Shown here in pieces: positions 36,201 through 44,731 of a stretch of 64,000 nt of DNA. Every line of letters begins with the position of its first letter. The stretch's first letter is position 1. The notes beneath the pieces are model-generated. The model was given only the letters and a program-made list of their open reading frames with translations. It was not told the origin of the DNA and ran no database searches. This DNA comes from a virus. The position numbers and the translations under genes are program-made. The stretch is from IMG/VR virus record IMGVR_UViG_3300009376_000011, positions 3,433 through 67,432 of that record. One strand, given 5' to 3'.

Positions 36201-39200
36201 GAAGCAGCCCGAGAAGCGGAGATAGAAGCCGAAGAACGTCAGGTTCGTGTCGATGAACATGAGAACAATCCTCCGAGCAGTCTTTCTGAAGAAGATCTTG
36301 CTAATGAGATAGCCGAACTTAGTGATTCGGAAATCATGGATGATCTTGATAGGGATCGTTTGAATGATCTTGAAGCCGAAGTTGAACGTCGTATGGAAGC
36401 GGCGGCTAGGCGTGAAGATTCCAATAGGGGTGAACGTAGTAGAAGCCTGAGGTTCCGCGATGATGAAAGTCTTCAGGAAGAACTAGACGAGTTGATGGAG
36501 GATCCTGACGCCGATGAGGCTCGTATGGATGCGCTTGAAGCCGAATTGGATCGTCGGGAAACGCAACGGAGTCGGCGCACAAGGGAACGTACCCGTGAAC
36601 GCACAGACGAGTTGGAAGCGGCGGAACAGCGCGAGTATGAAGGAGAGGGAGAAGATGACGAAGAAATTCTCCTGCCGGAAGTAGAGCCTGATTATTCCGA
36701 CGAGGACGAAGAGGATGCTGGAGGCCCAACGGATGGGGATTTGATTGATCCTTACGCGGAGATGGAAAGGGATATGACGACTCCGCCTCCGGACGAAGAA
36801 GATGAAGAAGATGATATTGATGAGTCTGGCGCGAGGCCAATTCCGGAAGAGGACGAGACACCGGACCGAACCGGTATGCCCGATGAAGGTGGTTCGGGTC
36901 CGAATGGCGAGTGGACGGATGCGGATGAGGCGGCAGATCCAGCCGATGATCGTTTCGCTGAGTTGGAAGACAAACTGGATAGTTTGGATTGGAACATACA
37001 TGCAGCGATGGCTGCCGGTGATGACGAACAAGTTTTGGGCTACTTGCTCAGACGGGAAGAATTGTTAGAGGACGACGGCGGTTTGATCGGAACTCACCGT
37101 GAAATTATGAGGCATGAGCATGATGCTGAAATCTTGCGGTATCTGACCGAACATGAATATAAGGATGGAGCGAAGGCGAGGGAAGACGGGGGTCCATCCC
37201 ATGAGCATTATGAAAATAATCAAAAGTATTTGAATGTGTACGCGGAGGCCCAGAAACGTGGCTTGTTAGATCCCGATCCTGATCCGGTTGATGATTCGCC
37301 GGAGGCGGATCTTCCTGACCCTTTAGAGGGTAAGACCCCGGAGGTCGCTGAGGCAGAGGAAGCCATAAGGCGGGATTGGGACGGTTATTCTCCAGAAGAG
37401 AAAGAGTATTTAGCCCTTCATTTCGTAGATACTGAAGTAGCGAAACTTGAACAAGGATTGATTGACGGGTACCGCGGCAAGTCTGCTGTAACTGTGCCTC
37501 CACTTCCGGATGATGCTACGCCGGAAGAGAGGGAGATCTCTGCCTTGCAGCAGTCGTACCTGAATGCGAAGGAAGCCACGTTTCAGTTGTTGGCACGAAG
37601 GGATATGTCTGGCACGTTGGGGGGTATAGATCATTCCGTTCAAGAGCAACATGCGTTTACCGGCGATATTTCGGCTAGACAAATTCTTGCTGCCCATATT
37701 TTCGACAAGTTAGATCAAGCCGATTTGAGCAGAGTAATAGACGCACTTAATCCAAACACAAACATGCTGGGTAATGTTCCTTACGATCCCAATTGGTCAA
37801 GGATGGACTTTTATGATGACTTCGACAATCGGGACATTCCTTCGGGAATAGTAGCGTTGGCAGTTAAACGTATGCAGGACAAGATGCAAGCAGATGGAAC
37901 AGTGGTTACTGATGAACAGGTAGCCGAAGCAATGTCAGAACTAGAAGTAAATTTTGCGGCTCCGCTTGGGGAGGCGATGAGAGCCGAATTGGATCGTCAG
38001 ATAAAACGAATGGGTAGTGAAGAATTAGGCGGTACGGCTGATCCTTTCCTTCTGAATTTGATACTGCCGATGGGTGGTCCTCCTACCGGTATTGATGCCA
38101 TGAATACGCGAAATTCATTCATGGACGATCTCTGGTCGCCGGATGGGTACGGTCGTATGCATAGTGCTGACTTGTTGCGGATAACTATAGGCGCTCCGAA
38201 TGTTGGTAAGGGTATGGGCGAAATTGGTCGTCTCATAGTTGAAGATCTTGATGTTGGTTTTGTTCCGCAGAATATGCTCCATAATCCCGATTTGCTTATT
38301 CAGGGTATAATTCAGGCTTACGCTAGGCAACTGAGTAGCGGCGCTATTGACGAAGCGACTTTTGTTAATAATCTTAAGAGCCTTCCTGCTGACTTGGCAA
38401 AGGGTTACAGGAAGCACGCGACAGCGGGATTAGCAGCATCCCGATCAGGTCCGGGCGCAAGACTCCATAGGGATATGGCGACAGCACTTTTTGGGAAGAT
38501 TGGAGCAGCCGACGAAGCATCCGCTAGAGAAATGTTTGATGCTGGAGTCAAGTTAGCGCTGTTTAAGTCGGCTGAAGAGGGAGATCTCAGACATTTGGCG
38601 TTGGATGGAGTTATTGATGTTCAAATGCCGTTGACTGAGACAGAAGTCGTTGCTGGCTTGATCAGAAAGTTCCGGGTAATTACAGATGTGCCCGTATCGT
38701 TCGGCACCGCAGCGGACGGAGGATCGTTAAAATGGGAGCCTCCTATAACAAGTCGGGGACGAAAGTATCAATTGAATCCTTCAGAACAGCAGGCAGCAGC
38801 CAATGAGATTGAGGCAGCCGCTGCCCTGTTGTTGCCAGATGATTGGATTGACCTTAGCAATTCATCCGGCAGAGTTGTTCTGTATAAGCAAGATCTGGAC
38901 CGTGCTTCGTTTGGTAGTAAGACAACACTTGGCCTTGAGGCTGCCATGCCTGAAGGTGTAGGCACTAGTGACGGCGCTATAGATATCACTAGAAAGGATT
39001 TCACTATTACAGATGGTGGTCATGAAATAGTCCACAGGATTCAGTCCGTAAACGTATTCTTGCTGTTGCAGGATGATGCGTTTGCACGGCGAAGGCAAAC
39101 TCCTGCTACTGAGGCAGAAGCAAGATCTCCGAAGTTTAGAAAGCGAACCTTCAATACAATTCTAGGTAGGACTGGTATGGGTAGTGAGTCTGCTATTGAA

Positions 39201-39446
39201 GATCACTTTTCTTTGCCTTACATGGGTAAAGCCTATAAGTCACGGCGTGGTGATCTAAGAATAGAGGTAAGTTCTACAGGTGTAGAACTTTTGCTTGGAG
39301 GGAAGGTTGGTGCCGGACACCGTCCCAAAGATCAGCAGAGAGATGCTAATGGAATACCTCAGGAGTATACGCTAGCGGATGCCTTAGCGGAAGATCGAAG
39401 CAGTTCTTGGATCGGTCACGTTTTGGCAATGCTGGTTGGCGTTTAA
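33201..39446 (+). CDS. Giant (about 2081 aa) acidic-repeat head/ejection protein with C-terminal HExxH metallopeptidase-like domain
   Basis: ATGA-coupled start MRYPEY with SD GGAGG; HEIVH (39021-39035)...DHF..PYMGKAY...EVSSTGVE. Confidence 0.75.
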   Translation: MRYPEYRLNEVGFRARLYDVNHIPLEKGIGSIIRRVPKVVPYDNDARDADGDGLVQEGTIWERPAGTRWVSKLGSALSSGLRAIPGNSKIVDKDGNDVDYKPGDKAQGGRAKLRGLLARRRLRRAGKRRRRAAERREEDRERKAPEEYDKLIETLENAANAASQERLIEAEKQRGDAPMDGPFRSFWDTFMEAFTGMKGGREDRNSRDKARGRSAIRKALQMEGNRRTAGDENGNEPDHDREKEFDEEALDGKGVMPSAIEEHHRKLREDPEYRKRWNRALREGKVDQFIEKEGLRPIPDGGDRDPDRPRPRIDPKPPTDAPEAGKPLTDLTDDELQARIEALQDINDDMSLDDLSPAHQAELDALYEERNNRWLRGEGPRPRRPEPDDPEADVEPGFELPDEVIESIEHYRDTVLPELSDQDLAQELAELREALNADDLEDRFPRNDGPERFALALQEHRRRLVQQREERNSPEAMIALADAVSEEDLDQAVGGVLPLHLYPRDMVDNPRSEEAVKAFNERIRERLAERDEARAARGLRWSDERITGASDEELQRRRAELVALDPVGNDSAIRTELERLESERIRREVLAGMQRDLDEYEESDDDLPGDAFFDNEGWIEGDFAWDDDAIDAAINVALATDDTRTIEGIERSLQRYKYDMTTSEWRGAKGRRHREIQAILDRRREERERPTRTVPPRDVDPYGDDEFGFMSDEDLQRHIDDLENIEDRSPDQEARLEALGNEYDERFGTEADVEDMEREERLEWYETDPASLSDEELQTEINELNSESDLDDDAMAWLTKLSEEDDRRQKARNEQEDQEAAEAEAAEEARQAELIEEQRDPRDMTPEEMAEEINAINEADEDELNEHWGSSEAAMDRYNVLQDALSEREEQDARDRDQEEIEDRIAEQDDPTEMRDEDIGEEMSELFDISEDEDYNEEARAQARQRWELLAAEQDRREREREQDERDLSDALDERQAEEDAEEDRIREAEEREAEEAAEAEAAREAEIEAEERQVRVDEHENNPPSSLSEEDLANEIAELSDSEIMDDLDRDRLNDLEAEVERRMEAAARREDSNRGERSRSLRFRDDESLQEELDELMEDPDADEARMDALEAELDRRETQRSRRTRERTRERTDELEAAEQREYEGEGEDDEEILLPEVEPDYSDEDEEDAGGPTDGDLIDPYAEMERDMTTPPPDEEDEEDDIDESGARPIPEEDETPDRTGMPDEGGSGPNGEWTDADEAADPADDRFAELEDKLDSLDWNIHAAMAAGDDEQVLGYLLRREELLEDDGGLIGTHREIMRHEHDAEILRYLTEHEYKDGAKAREDGGPSHEHYENNQKYLNVYAEAQKRGLLDPDPDPVDDSPEADLPDPLEGKTPEVAEAEEAIRRDWDGYSPEEKEYLALHFVDTEVAKLEQGLIDGYRGKSAVTVPPLPDDATPEEREISALQQSYLNAKEATFQLLARRDMSGTLGGIDHSVQEQHAFTGDISARQILAAHIFDKLDQADLSRVIDALNPNTNMLGNVPYDPNWSRMDFYDDFDNRDIPSGIVALAVKRMQDKMQADGTVVTDEQVAEAMSELEVNFAAPLGEAMRAELDRQIKRMGSEELGGTADPFLLNLILPMGGPPTGIDAMNTRNSFMDDLWSPDGYGRMHSADLLRITIGAPNVGKGMGEIGRLIVEDLDVGFVPQNMLHNPDLLIQGIIQAYARQLSSGAIDEATFVNNLKSLPADLAKGYRKHATAGLAASRSGPGARLHRDMATALFGKIGAADEASAREMFDAGVKLALFKSAEEGDLRHLALDGVIDVQMPLTETEVVAGLIRKFRVITDVPVSFGTAADGGSLKWEPPITSRGRKYQLNPSEQQAAANEIEAAAALLLPDDWIDLSNSSGRVVLYKQDLDRASFGSKTTLGLEAAMPEGVGTSDGAIDITRKDFTITDGGHEIVHRIQSVNVFLLLQDDAFARRRQTPATEAEARSPKFRKRTFNTILGRTGMGSESAIEDHFSLPYMGKAYKSRRGDLRIEVSSTGVELLLGGKVGAGHRPKDQQRDANGIPQEYTLADALAEDRSSSWIGHVLAMLVGV

Positions 39447-39787
39447 TGGATAACTTCTTCGCCGGGACCGTCGCCTGTTTCGGCGTCATCAAATAAATCT
39501 GTATCAATGTTTAGGACTTCGCAGAATTCGCTGAGATAAGCGTCGATGGTACGAAAGATGCGTATCTCTGGTGGCTCATCGAAAGAGGGCTTATGTCCAC
39601 TACCGGGTGGGACACCGACATCGCCCCATGTCATGACAACGGAAGAAAGCGCTTCCAACTGTGTTGATGCGTGATTGGGATCTTCAGACCAGCCAGTTTC
39701 TTCCGTATAGGTGTAGTCAAAAGCGCCCCCTGTAGTGGCTTCTGCCGAATACCAGCCTTCTTTGAATGTTCCGGTGATGTGGATCAT
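39443..39787 (-). CDS. Acidic 114-aa protein convergent on the peptidase gene (candidate immunity)
   Basis: Stop codons overlap (TTAA); has its own promoter; appears leaderless. Confidence 0.7.
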   Translation of the reverse strand: MIHITGTFKEGWYSAEATTGGAFDYTYTEETGWSEDPNHASTQLEALSSVVMTWGDVGVPPGSGHKPSFDEPPEIRIFRTIDAYLSEFCEVLNIDTDLFDDAETGDGPGEEVIH

Positions 39788-39793
39788 GCTCTC

Positions 39794-39822
39794 ATCTTAT
39801 GTTAGTTGTTGTTTCTACGCAA
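39794..39822 (-). promoter_or_regulatory. sigmaA-type promoter, leaderless start
   Basis: TTGCGT-17-TAAGAT, 6 nt before the ATG at 39787. Confidence 0.6.
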
Positions 39823-39850
39823 CGATTCGATGGATGTTACAGTAGTGCCT

Positions 39851-40603
39851 ATGGCTAAAGATCCTATCGCAGATACTGTCCTTCCATCGAAGAGGCAAGC
39901 ACTCAAGGTCGGAAAGATGTTGGGATGTACCGGCGCTCACCGCAAGGGCGACGGTTGGGGCTTGTGCGAATCAGACGAATTACTGAGGATTCTGATCAAG
40001 AAGGGTTCTGCCGCCTACCGCGAGGCACGCGACGGGAAAGAGAAGAAGTCTTGTTGTCGTTCCTGCGAGATGAAGGCCAACGCTGCGGACGAAAAACTGA
40101 TCTTTCCAACACGGGAAGAAGCCGAAGCAGCAGCCCTCAACATGGGCTGTTCGGGGGCACACCAGCATGGGATCGGTCGATGGATGCCGTGTGAGACAAT
40201 GGAAGAATTCAGTGCCGCCCGTAACTCTCCGAACAAGACACGCCTTGTCATAGACGCTCCCACGATGAAACGGCGTAAGCGGATCATTGACTTGCCGAAT
40301 GTCCGGCAGAGTAATTGGGAACCCTTAGGGGGCAGGGGTATCCGTGGTGTAGAGACATTGGCTGGTGGGGGGCTAGTCGCGTCTAAGCGCCTCTATACAA
40401 CTGGCAAGCGTCGCGAGTATGCTAAGCAAGGTATAGCCATGAAGGATGGTTCTTACCCGATTCGTGATGTCGGTGATTTGCGAAATGCTATACAAGCCTT
40501 CGGTAGAGCAAAAAATAAACCTGCTGCGAAAAAACATATCAAAAAACGCGCTAGGGCATTGGGTAGGACTGATCTACTTCCGGACACTTGGAAAGATTCT
40601 TGA
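39851..40603 (+). CDS. Basic head-associated protein: two CxGAH..G.W..C repeats (DUF3721-like) plus DGSYPI domain
   Basis: LGCTGAHRKGDGWGLC and EAEAAALNMGCSGAHQHGIGRWMPC; C-terminal DGSYPIRDVGDL. Start MAKDP preferred. Confidence 0.7.
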   Translation: MAKDPIADTVLPSKRQALKVGKMLGCTGAHRKGDGWGLCESDELLRILIKKGSAAYREARDGKEKKSCCRSCEMKANAADEKLIFPTREEAEAAALNMGCSGAHQHGIGRWMPCETMEEFSAARNSPNKTRLVIDAPTMKRRKRIIDLPNVRQSNWEPLGGRGIRGVETLAGGGLVASKRLYTTGKRREYAKQGIAMKDGSYPIRDVGDLRNAIQAFGRAKNKPAAKKHIKKRARALGRTDLLPDTWKDS

Positions 40604-40737
40604 GCAACTACCTATAGCAGTTGCAATGATCTTGTAATAACGTAATCTAAACTAACTACTGTTCAAATCGGTTGTGGTGCTTACCTAAGCCGACTGACAT
40701 CAAAACCATTCAACTATGTCGAACAGGAGTTACGACT

Positions 40738-42051
40738 ATGGCATTTGACGAGAGTCGGCTGACAGAACTTCAGGGCGCATTGCGCGAGAAGATGACAGCC
40801 AACAACGAGATCGCGGATTCCTTCCGCACGGAGGATGGTACAATTATCATCGACTCCGAGCGCAAGTCTGCGTTTGATACCAACATGGCAGAGATCAAGG
40901 AGATTAAGTCCTTGATTGATTCCATGGAAGACATGCAGCGGGTTTCGGATTGGGGCACAGAGGCTCCGGCGGAATCGCTTGCTGCGGTTGCTAACGCTGA
41001 TCAGGCAGGAACGCTGGCTTCGGTCACCATTCCGACTGGCGTGAAGAGCCTTGGCGAAGCATTTGTTGACTCTGAGGAGTTCAAGTCAATGATGGTTCGT
41101 GGCTCTGGCACGATGGATAGTCCTTACAATGTCAAGAACCTTTACGAAGGTCAGGAAGTCAAGGACATGTATTCGGCGCTTCCGACCGGTACGCCGAGCG
41201 CGTTTGGCACGATTACCCGTGACCCAATCGTAACTCAGCAGCACCGTCGGACCCGAGTTCGGGATCTCTTCCCGACCCGGCGCACCAACTCAGCGGTTAT
41301 TGAGTATTTCCGCATGAGCGGATTCACGAACGCTGCCAGCACCGTTCCTGAGCGTGTTTCTTCGGCCTTCGGCGCTAAGCCGCAGACGACGATGACGTTC
41401 GTGGGCGAGCAGGCTCCGGTTCGGACCATCGCTCACTGGGAAGCAGCCCACCGCAACGTTCTTGCCGATGAGCCGCAGTTGCGGTCGATCATCGACAACG
41501 AACTCCTTTACGGCCTTAGGCTCCATGAGGATCATCAGATCCTTTCGGGTGCCGGTACCAGCGAAGACCTCACGGGTATTCTGAACACCTCCGGTATTCA
41601 GACCTACTCATGGTCCGCAGGTGCAACTACACCAGTTGCAGACACCAAGGCTGATGCAATCCGGCGTGCAGCGACTCTGTCGTTCCTCGCCTACTACGAG
41701 CCGTCGGGCGTGATCCTCAACCCGAACGACTGGGAAGACATCGAACTGACCAAGGATTCCAATGGTCAGTACCTGATGGCAGTTTCCATCGTTCAGGGTG
41801 CAGAGGCCCGTGTTTGGCGGATCCCGGTCGTGGACACCCCCGCAATCGCTTCGGGCACAGCCCTTATCGGTTCGTTCGGTCAGGGTGCCCAGTTGTATGA
41901 CCGTGAGGAGGCCACAATCCGTGTCTCCGAGCAGCACAGCGACTTCTTCGTGCGTAACGCCATTGTGGTGTTGGCCGAGCAGCGCCTCGCCCTTGCGGTG
42001 AAGCGTCCTGAGTCGTTCGTTAAGGTCACCTTCGACGCCGCTCCTTCCTAA
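40738..42051 (+). CDS. Major capsid protein, HK97 fold with N-terminal delta domain
   Basis: RVRDLF, PVRTIAHW, DHQILSG.G....L.GIL, LNPNDW, DFFVRNAIVVLAEQRLALAVKRPESF; SD AGGAG. Confidence 0.95.
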   Translation: MAFDESRLTELQGALREKMTANNEIADSFRTEDGTIIIDSERKSAFDTNMAEIKEIKSLIDSMEDMQRVSDWGTEAPAESLAAVANADQAGTLASVTIPTGVKSLGEAFVDSEEFKSMMVRGSGTMDSPYNVKNLYEGQEVKDMYSALPTGTPSAFGTITRDPIVTQQHRRTRVRDLFPTRRTNSAVIEYFRMSGFTNAASTVPERVSSAFGAKPQTTMTFVGEQAPVRTIAHWEAAHRNVLADEPQLRSIIDNELLYGLRLHEDHQILSGAGTSEDLTGILNTSGIQTYSWSAGATTPVADTKADAIRRAATLSFLAYYEPSGVILNPNDWEDIELTKDSNGQYLMAVSIVQGAEARVWRIPVVDTPAIASGTALIGSFGQGAQLYDREEATIRVSEQHSDFFVRNAIVVLAEQRLALAVKRPESFVKVTFDAAPS

Positions 42052-42095
42052 ACCGAATGGAGTGAGTCCTAGAGACTGACTGAAATACAGGACAT

Positions 42096-42131
42096 AGAGA
42101 AGCCCCCCGGAGTAATCCGGGGGGCTTTCTC
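42096..42131. terminator. Bidirectional intrinsic terminator after the capsid gene
   Basis: GAAGCCCCCCGGA-GTAA-TCCGGGGGGCTTTC. Confidence 0.88.
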
Positions 42132-42135
42132 GTTA

Positions 42136-42564
42136 CTAGATCGAAACTTCGATATGGGAATGTCCATCATCTAGAAAGGAAAGGTGGGCTAGAGGGGCTT
42201 TCCGAATGATTTCGTCATACCACTTGGCCCACATAGGTCGGGTGACGATAAAGGCGTCATTTAGATATGGGTCGTATCTGACCGACATGCCGTGTTTGAC
42301 TGGAGCGTCAGTGATTGTCCCACGAACAAAGGCGTGAACGTTTTTACGTTTTTCCTCTAGGACACGATTCCTGCCAGCGGGCTGAACGACAAACGAGACA
42401 TCTCGTAGCGTGATTGATTGGACATGATCAATGACGCGACCTTTGTCTTCACCACTCAGGGCACGGACGCTGTAACAGTCTTTGTGCAGGTTTCGATAGA
42501 CCTCTACACGGAGGTTTCTAGGTATGTGTTCCATAGGGAGCGATGTACTAGACATTCCATGCAC
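42136..42564 (-). CDS. Conserved hypothetical phage protein
   Basis: VEVYRNLH...YSVR...EKRKNVHAFVRG motif; true start may be the internal MEHIP. Confidence 0.75.
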   Translation of the reverse strand: MHGMSSTSLPMEHIPRNLRVEVYRNLHKDCYSVRALSGEDKGRVIDHVQSITLRDVSFVVQPAGRNRVLEEKRKNVHAFVRGTITDAPVKHGMSVRYDPYLNDAFIVTRPMWAKWYDEIIRKAPLAHLSFLDDGHSHIEVSI

Positions 42565-42743
42565 ACGGCGGCGATTTGGAATTCGTCATGGAACGAAAAA
42601 ATGTTACGACTCGCCAAATATACATCTCCACAATTATAGCAGTGTCCGCAAATGCCTTCCTCGCGTAACCATGCTCCATTGTCGATGGCGGCGTGGAGGG
42701 CGGCAGTTACTTCATCAAGAGAGAGTGTATGAAGTGGGTCCAT
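42504..42743 (-). CDS. Small Cys-rich hypothetical protein
   Basis: CGHCYNC...CMEC; follows the RNR gene. Confidence 0.55.
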   Translation of the reverse strand: MDPLHTLSLDEVTAALHAAIDNGAWLREEGICGHCYNCGDVYLASRNIFSFHDEFQIAAVCMECLVHRSLWNTYLETSV

Positions 42744-42752
42744 TGAGAAATA

Positions 42753-44657
42753 CTATCTTATGGGACAGGCTCCGGTAGCGCAATCATCATTAAGTAATTC
42801 ACTGACTCCTGCTCCTACTAGAACATTCTTGTTATTTATTCCTAGAAGCATTTCTTCGTACTGCTGTTTAGTGATCTCTTCAAGAGGTGCTTGATCGAAT
42901 CCGTGTTCGTTGTGCAGCAGGAAAGAGACGGATTTCATCGTTGACCAGTTCTTTTCAAGGAACTCTTGGACGCTCTCCAATTCTCCGGGTTTGATGTAAA
43001 CAGTGACGGAAACAGCGTTATCTGCCCATTCTTCTTGAATGCGACATTGAAGTTCCAATTGTTCGATTGCCGTCATGTCGGCAGCAACGATTGTTTCTTT
43101 GGGAAATTCGCAAGGAAATTCAACAACTTTGGTTCGGTTGTCGTTTTCAACCCATTCAATGTGGTAGCCGCGTTGTTCGCAGTAGTCCAGCAGGGGATCT
43201 CCGGATGCCATACGAACTCTGCGGATGTGATGTTCGCTGTAGCCGGGATGAATACCGGGGGTGACCCCGGCGAGAAGACTTAGGGTTCCGCTGGGTTTGA
43301 TTGTTGTGAGTCGAACCGAGGTCGGCCACTCTTTGTAGGTTGACCAGTAGCGGTCGAAGTCGCGAAGTGCTTCATAGGCAGGGGAAAGCCATTCAAGTTT
43401 TTCCAAGGATTGGGTTACGCCTGTAATCCCAAGTCCCAGCCGCATGTTCTTGCTGGTGATCTCATCCGATTCTCTGTCAAGGGCGGGAAGAGCGGACACT
43501 GCTTTTTGAATCTTGTACAACAATTTGGCAATGTCGATCAGTTCTTCTTGACTTTCGATATTGGGCAGCATGATTTCTGCGAGGTTGCAGGATTCACGAT
43601 TGGCGAGGCCAATTTCGGCGCAAGGATTAGTTCCTTCGATTGTTTTATCTTCACGGACTTCGTTTCGACGCCCATACTTTCTGGAGGCGTCAAGGTTGAA
43701 TAGTCCGTAAGGTTCTCCATTGCCGTGGTAGCCCTCCCAGAAGACTTCTGGGATACCAGCGATGTTAGAAGTAACGATGCTGTTGTTGGACATGGCCCGA
43801 TGGTGTGGGATATCGCCCAAGTCCCATCGCTTGGCACTAAGGAAGTCAATGTCGTATGGGCTTCCCAGAGCGATCTCTGCGCTGCGACGCACGTTGCCTG
43901 CGACAACGACTGATCCGATTATGTTGCAGATGTCCAACACTTCGGTAGAGGACAGGTTTCGTCCGACGGCATCGTTCAGAACCGCAGTGATTTTTGTGAT
44001 TCCTTCAACGAGGATTCCCGGTCCGGACGCTGTGCCTCCGAAAGTTCGGATTGGAGCGCCTGCCGGACGAATGAGTTGAGTGGAGTAGGAGAATTCTGTC
44101 GGATCGTCTTCGGAGCCGAGATAGGTTTTGATTGCACGCAATAGACATTCTGCCCATCCTTCCCGCTTGTCGGGAACAATGTAGTCGGCGTCGGCTACGT
44201 CATGGTTGTCAACCCGGCCCTGCCGAACGACCCCCAAACGCTGTGGATGGAGGATAGAAAAGCCCACTCCGCCACCGAGCATGAGTCGTTCAAACATCCA
44301 AGCAAAGTCGGAAGGATCCTTGATGTCCACGAACCAGCAGTTGCAGAGGCTATCAAGACCTAAACGGAAATTGTTGGGTGTTCCCAGTTGCCAAAGCATT
44401 CGACCACCGGGCATTCCCTTAAGGTTGAACATGTAGTCGAACATGCGTTCGGCTTCGTCATCGGAAAGTTCAGCGCCAATTTCGTTAGCACCGTCGATAA
44501 CTCGTTGGCAAGTTTGTGCCCAATCTTCGGTGGCACCAGTGTTTTTGTCAGTTGTACGAGCGTAAGTACGCTTATAGACTATGTATCCAAGTCCACTGAA
44601 ACCCCATGGAGGTGTCTTTTGAGAGTAGGGGTCTAGGAAAGTTTTTGTAAGCGGCAT
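42753..44657 (-). CDS. nrdJ: Class II (adenosylcobalamin-dependent) ribonucleotide reductase, monomeric RTPR type
   Basis: YKRTYAR, GRMLWQLG, NCW, VVAGNVRRSA, TNPCAE, TTIKPSGT, C-terminal CATGACPIR; no beta subunit gene nearby. Confidence 0.92.
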   Translation of the reverse strand: MPLTKTFLDPYSQKTPPWGFSGLGYIVYKRTYARTTDKNTGATEDWAQTCQRVIDGANEIGAELSDDEAERMFDYMFNLKGMPGGRMLWQLGTPNNFRLGLDSLCNCWFVDIKDPSDFAWMFERLMLGGGVGFSILHPQRLGVVRQGRVDNHDVADADYIVPDKREGWAECLLRAIKTYLGSEDDPTEFSYSTQLIRPAGAPIRTFGGTASGPGILVEGITKITAVLNDAVGRNLSSTEVLDICNIIGSVVVAGNVRRSAEIALGSPYDIDFLSAKRWDLGDIPHHRAMSNNSIVTSNIAGIPEVFWEGYHGNGEPYGLFNLDASRKYGRRNEVREDKTIEGTNPCAEIGLANRESCNLAEIMLPNIESQEELIDIAKLLYKIQKAVSALPALDRESDEITSKNMRLGLGITGVTQSLEKLEWLSPAYEALRDFDRYWSTYKEWPTSVRLTTIKPSGTLSLLAGVTPGIHPGYSEHHIRRVRMASGDPLLDYCEQRGYHIEWVENDNRTKVVEFPCEFPKETIVAADMTAIEQLELQCRIQEEWADNAVSVTVYIKPGELESVQEFLEKNWSTMKSVSFLLHNEHGFDQAPLEEITKQQYEEMLLGINNKNVLVGAGVSELLNDDCATGACPIR

Positions 44658-44731
44658 ATGATCCTCTGGCTTAATGTGAGGTGTTTAAAGAAGGTGCCAT
44701 AGTATGTCACAACCCTCAAATACTAAAAGGG

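Noticed and set aside
24184-39098. Many long antisense and alternate-frame ORFs inside the giant genes (e.g. 26557-27681)
   Set aside because: Shadows of repetitive R/E/D codons; low-complexity translations without motifs.
17058-44657. Introns or inteins in terL, capsid or RNR
   Set aside because: All are uninterrupted, of ordinary length, and lack intein termini or homing-endonuclease motifs.
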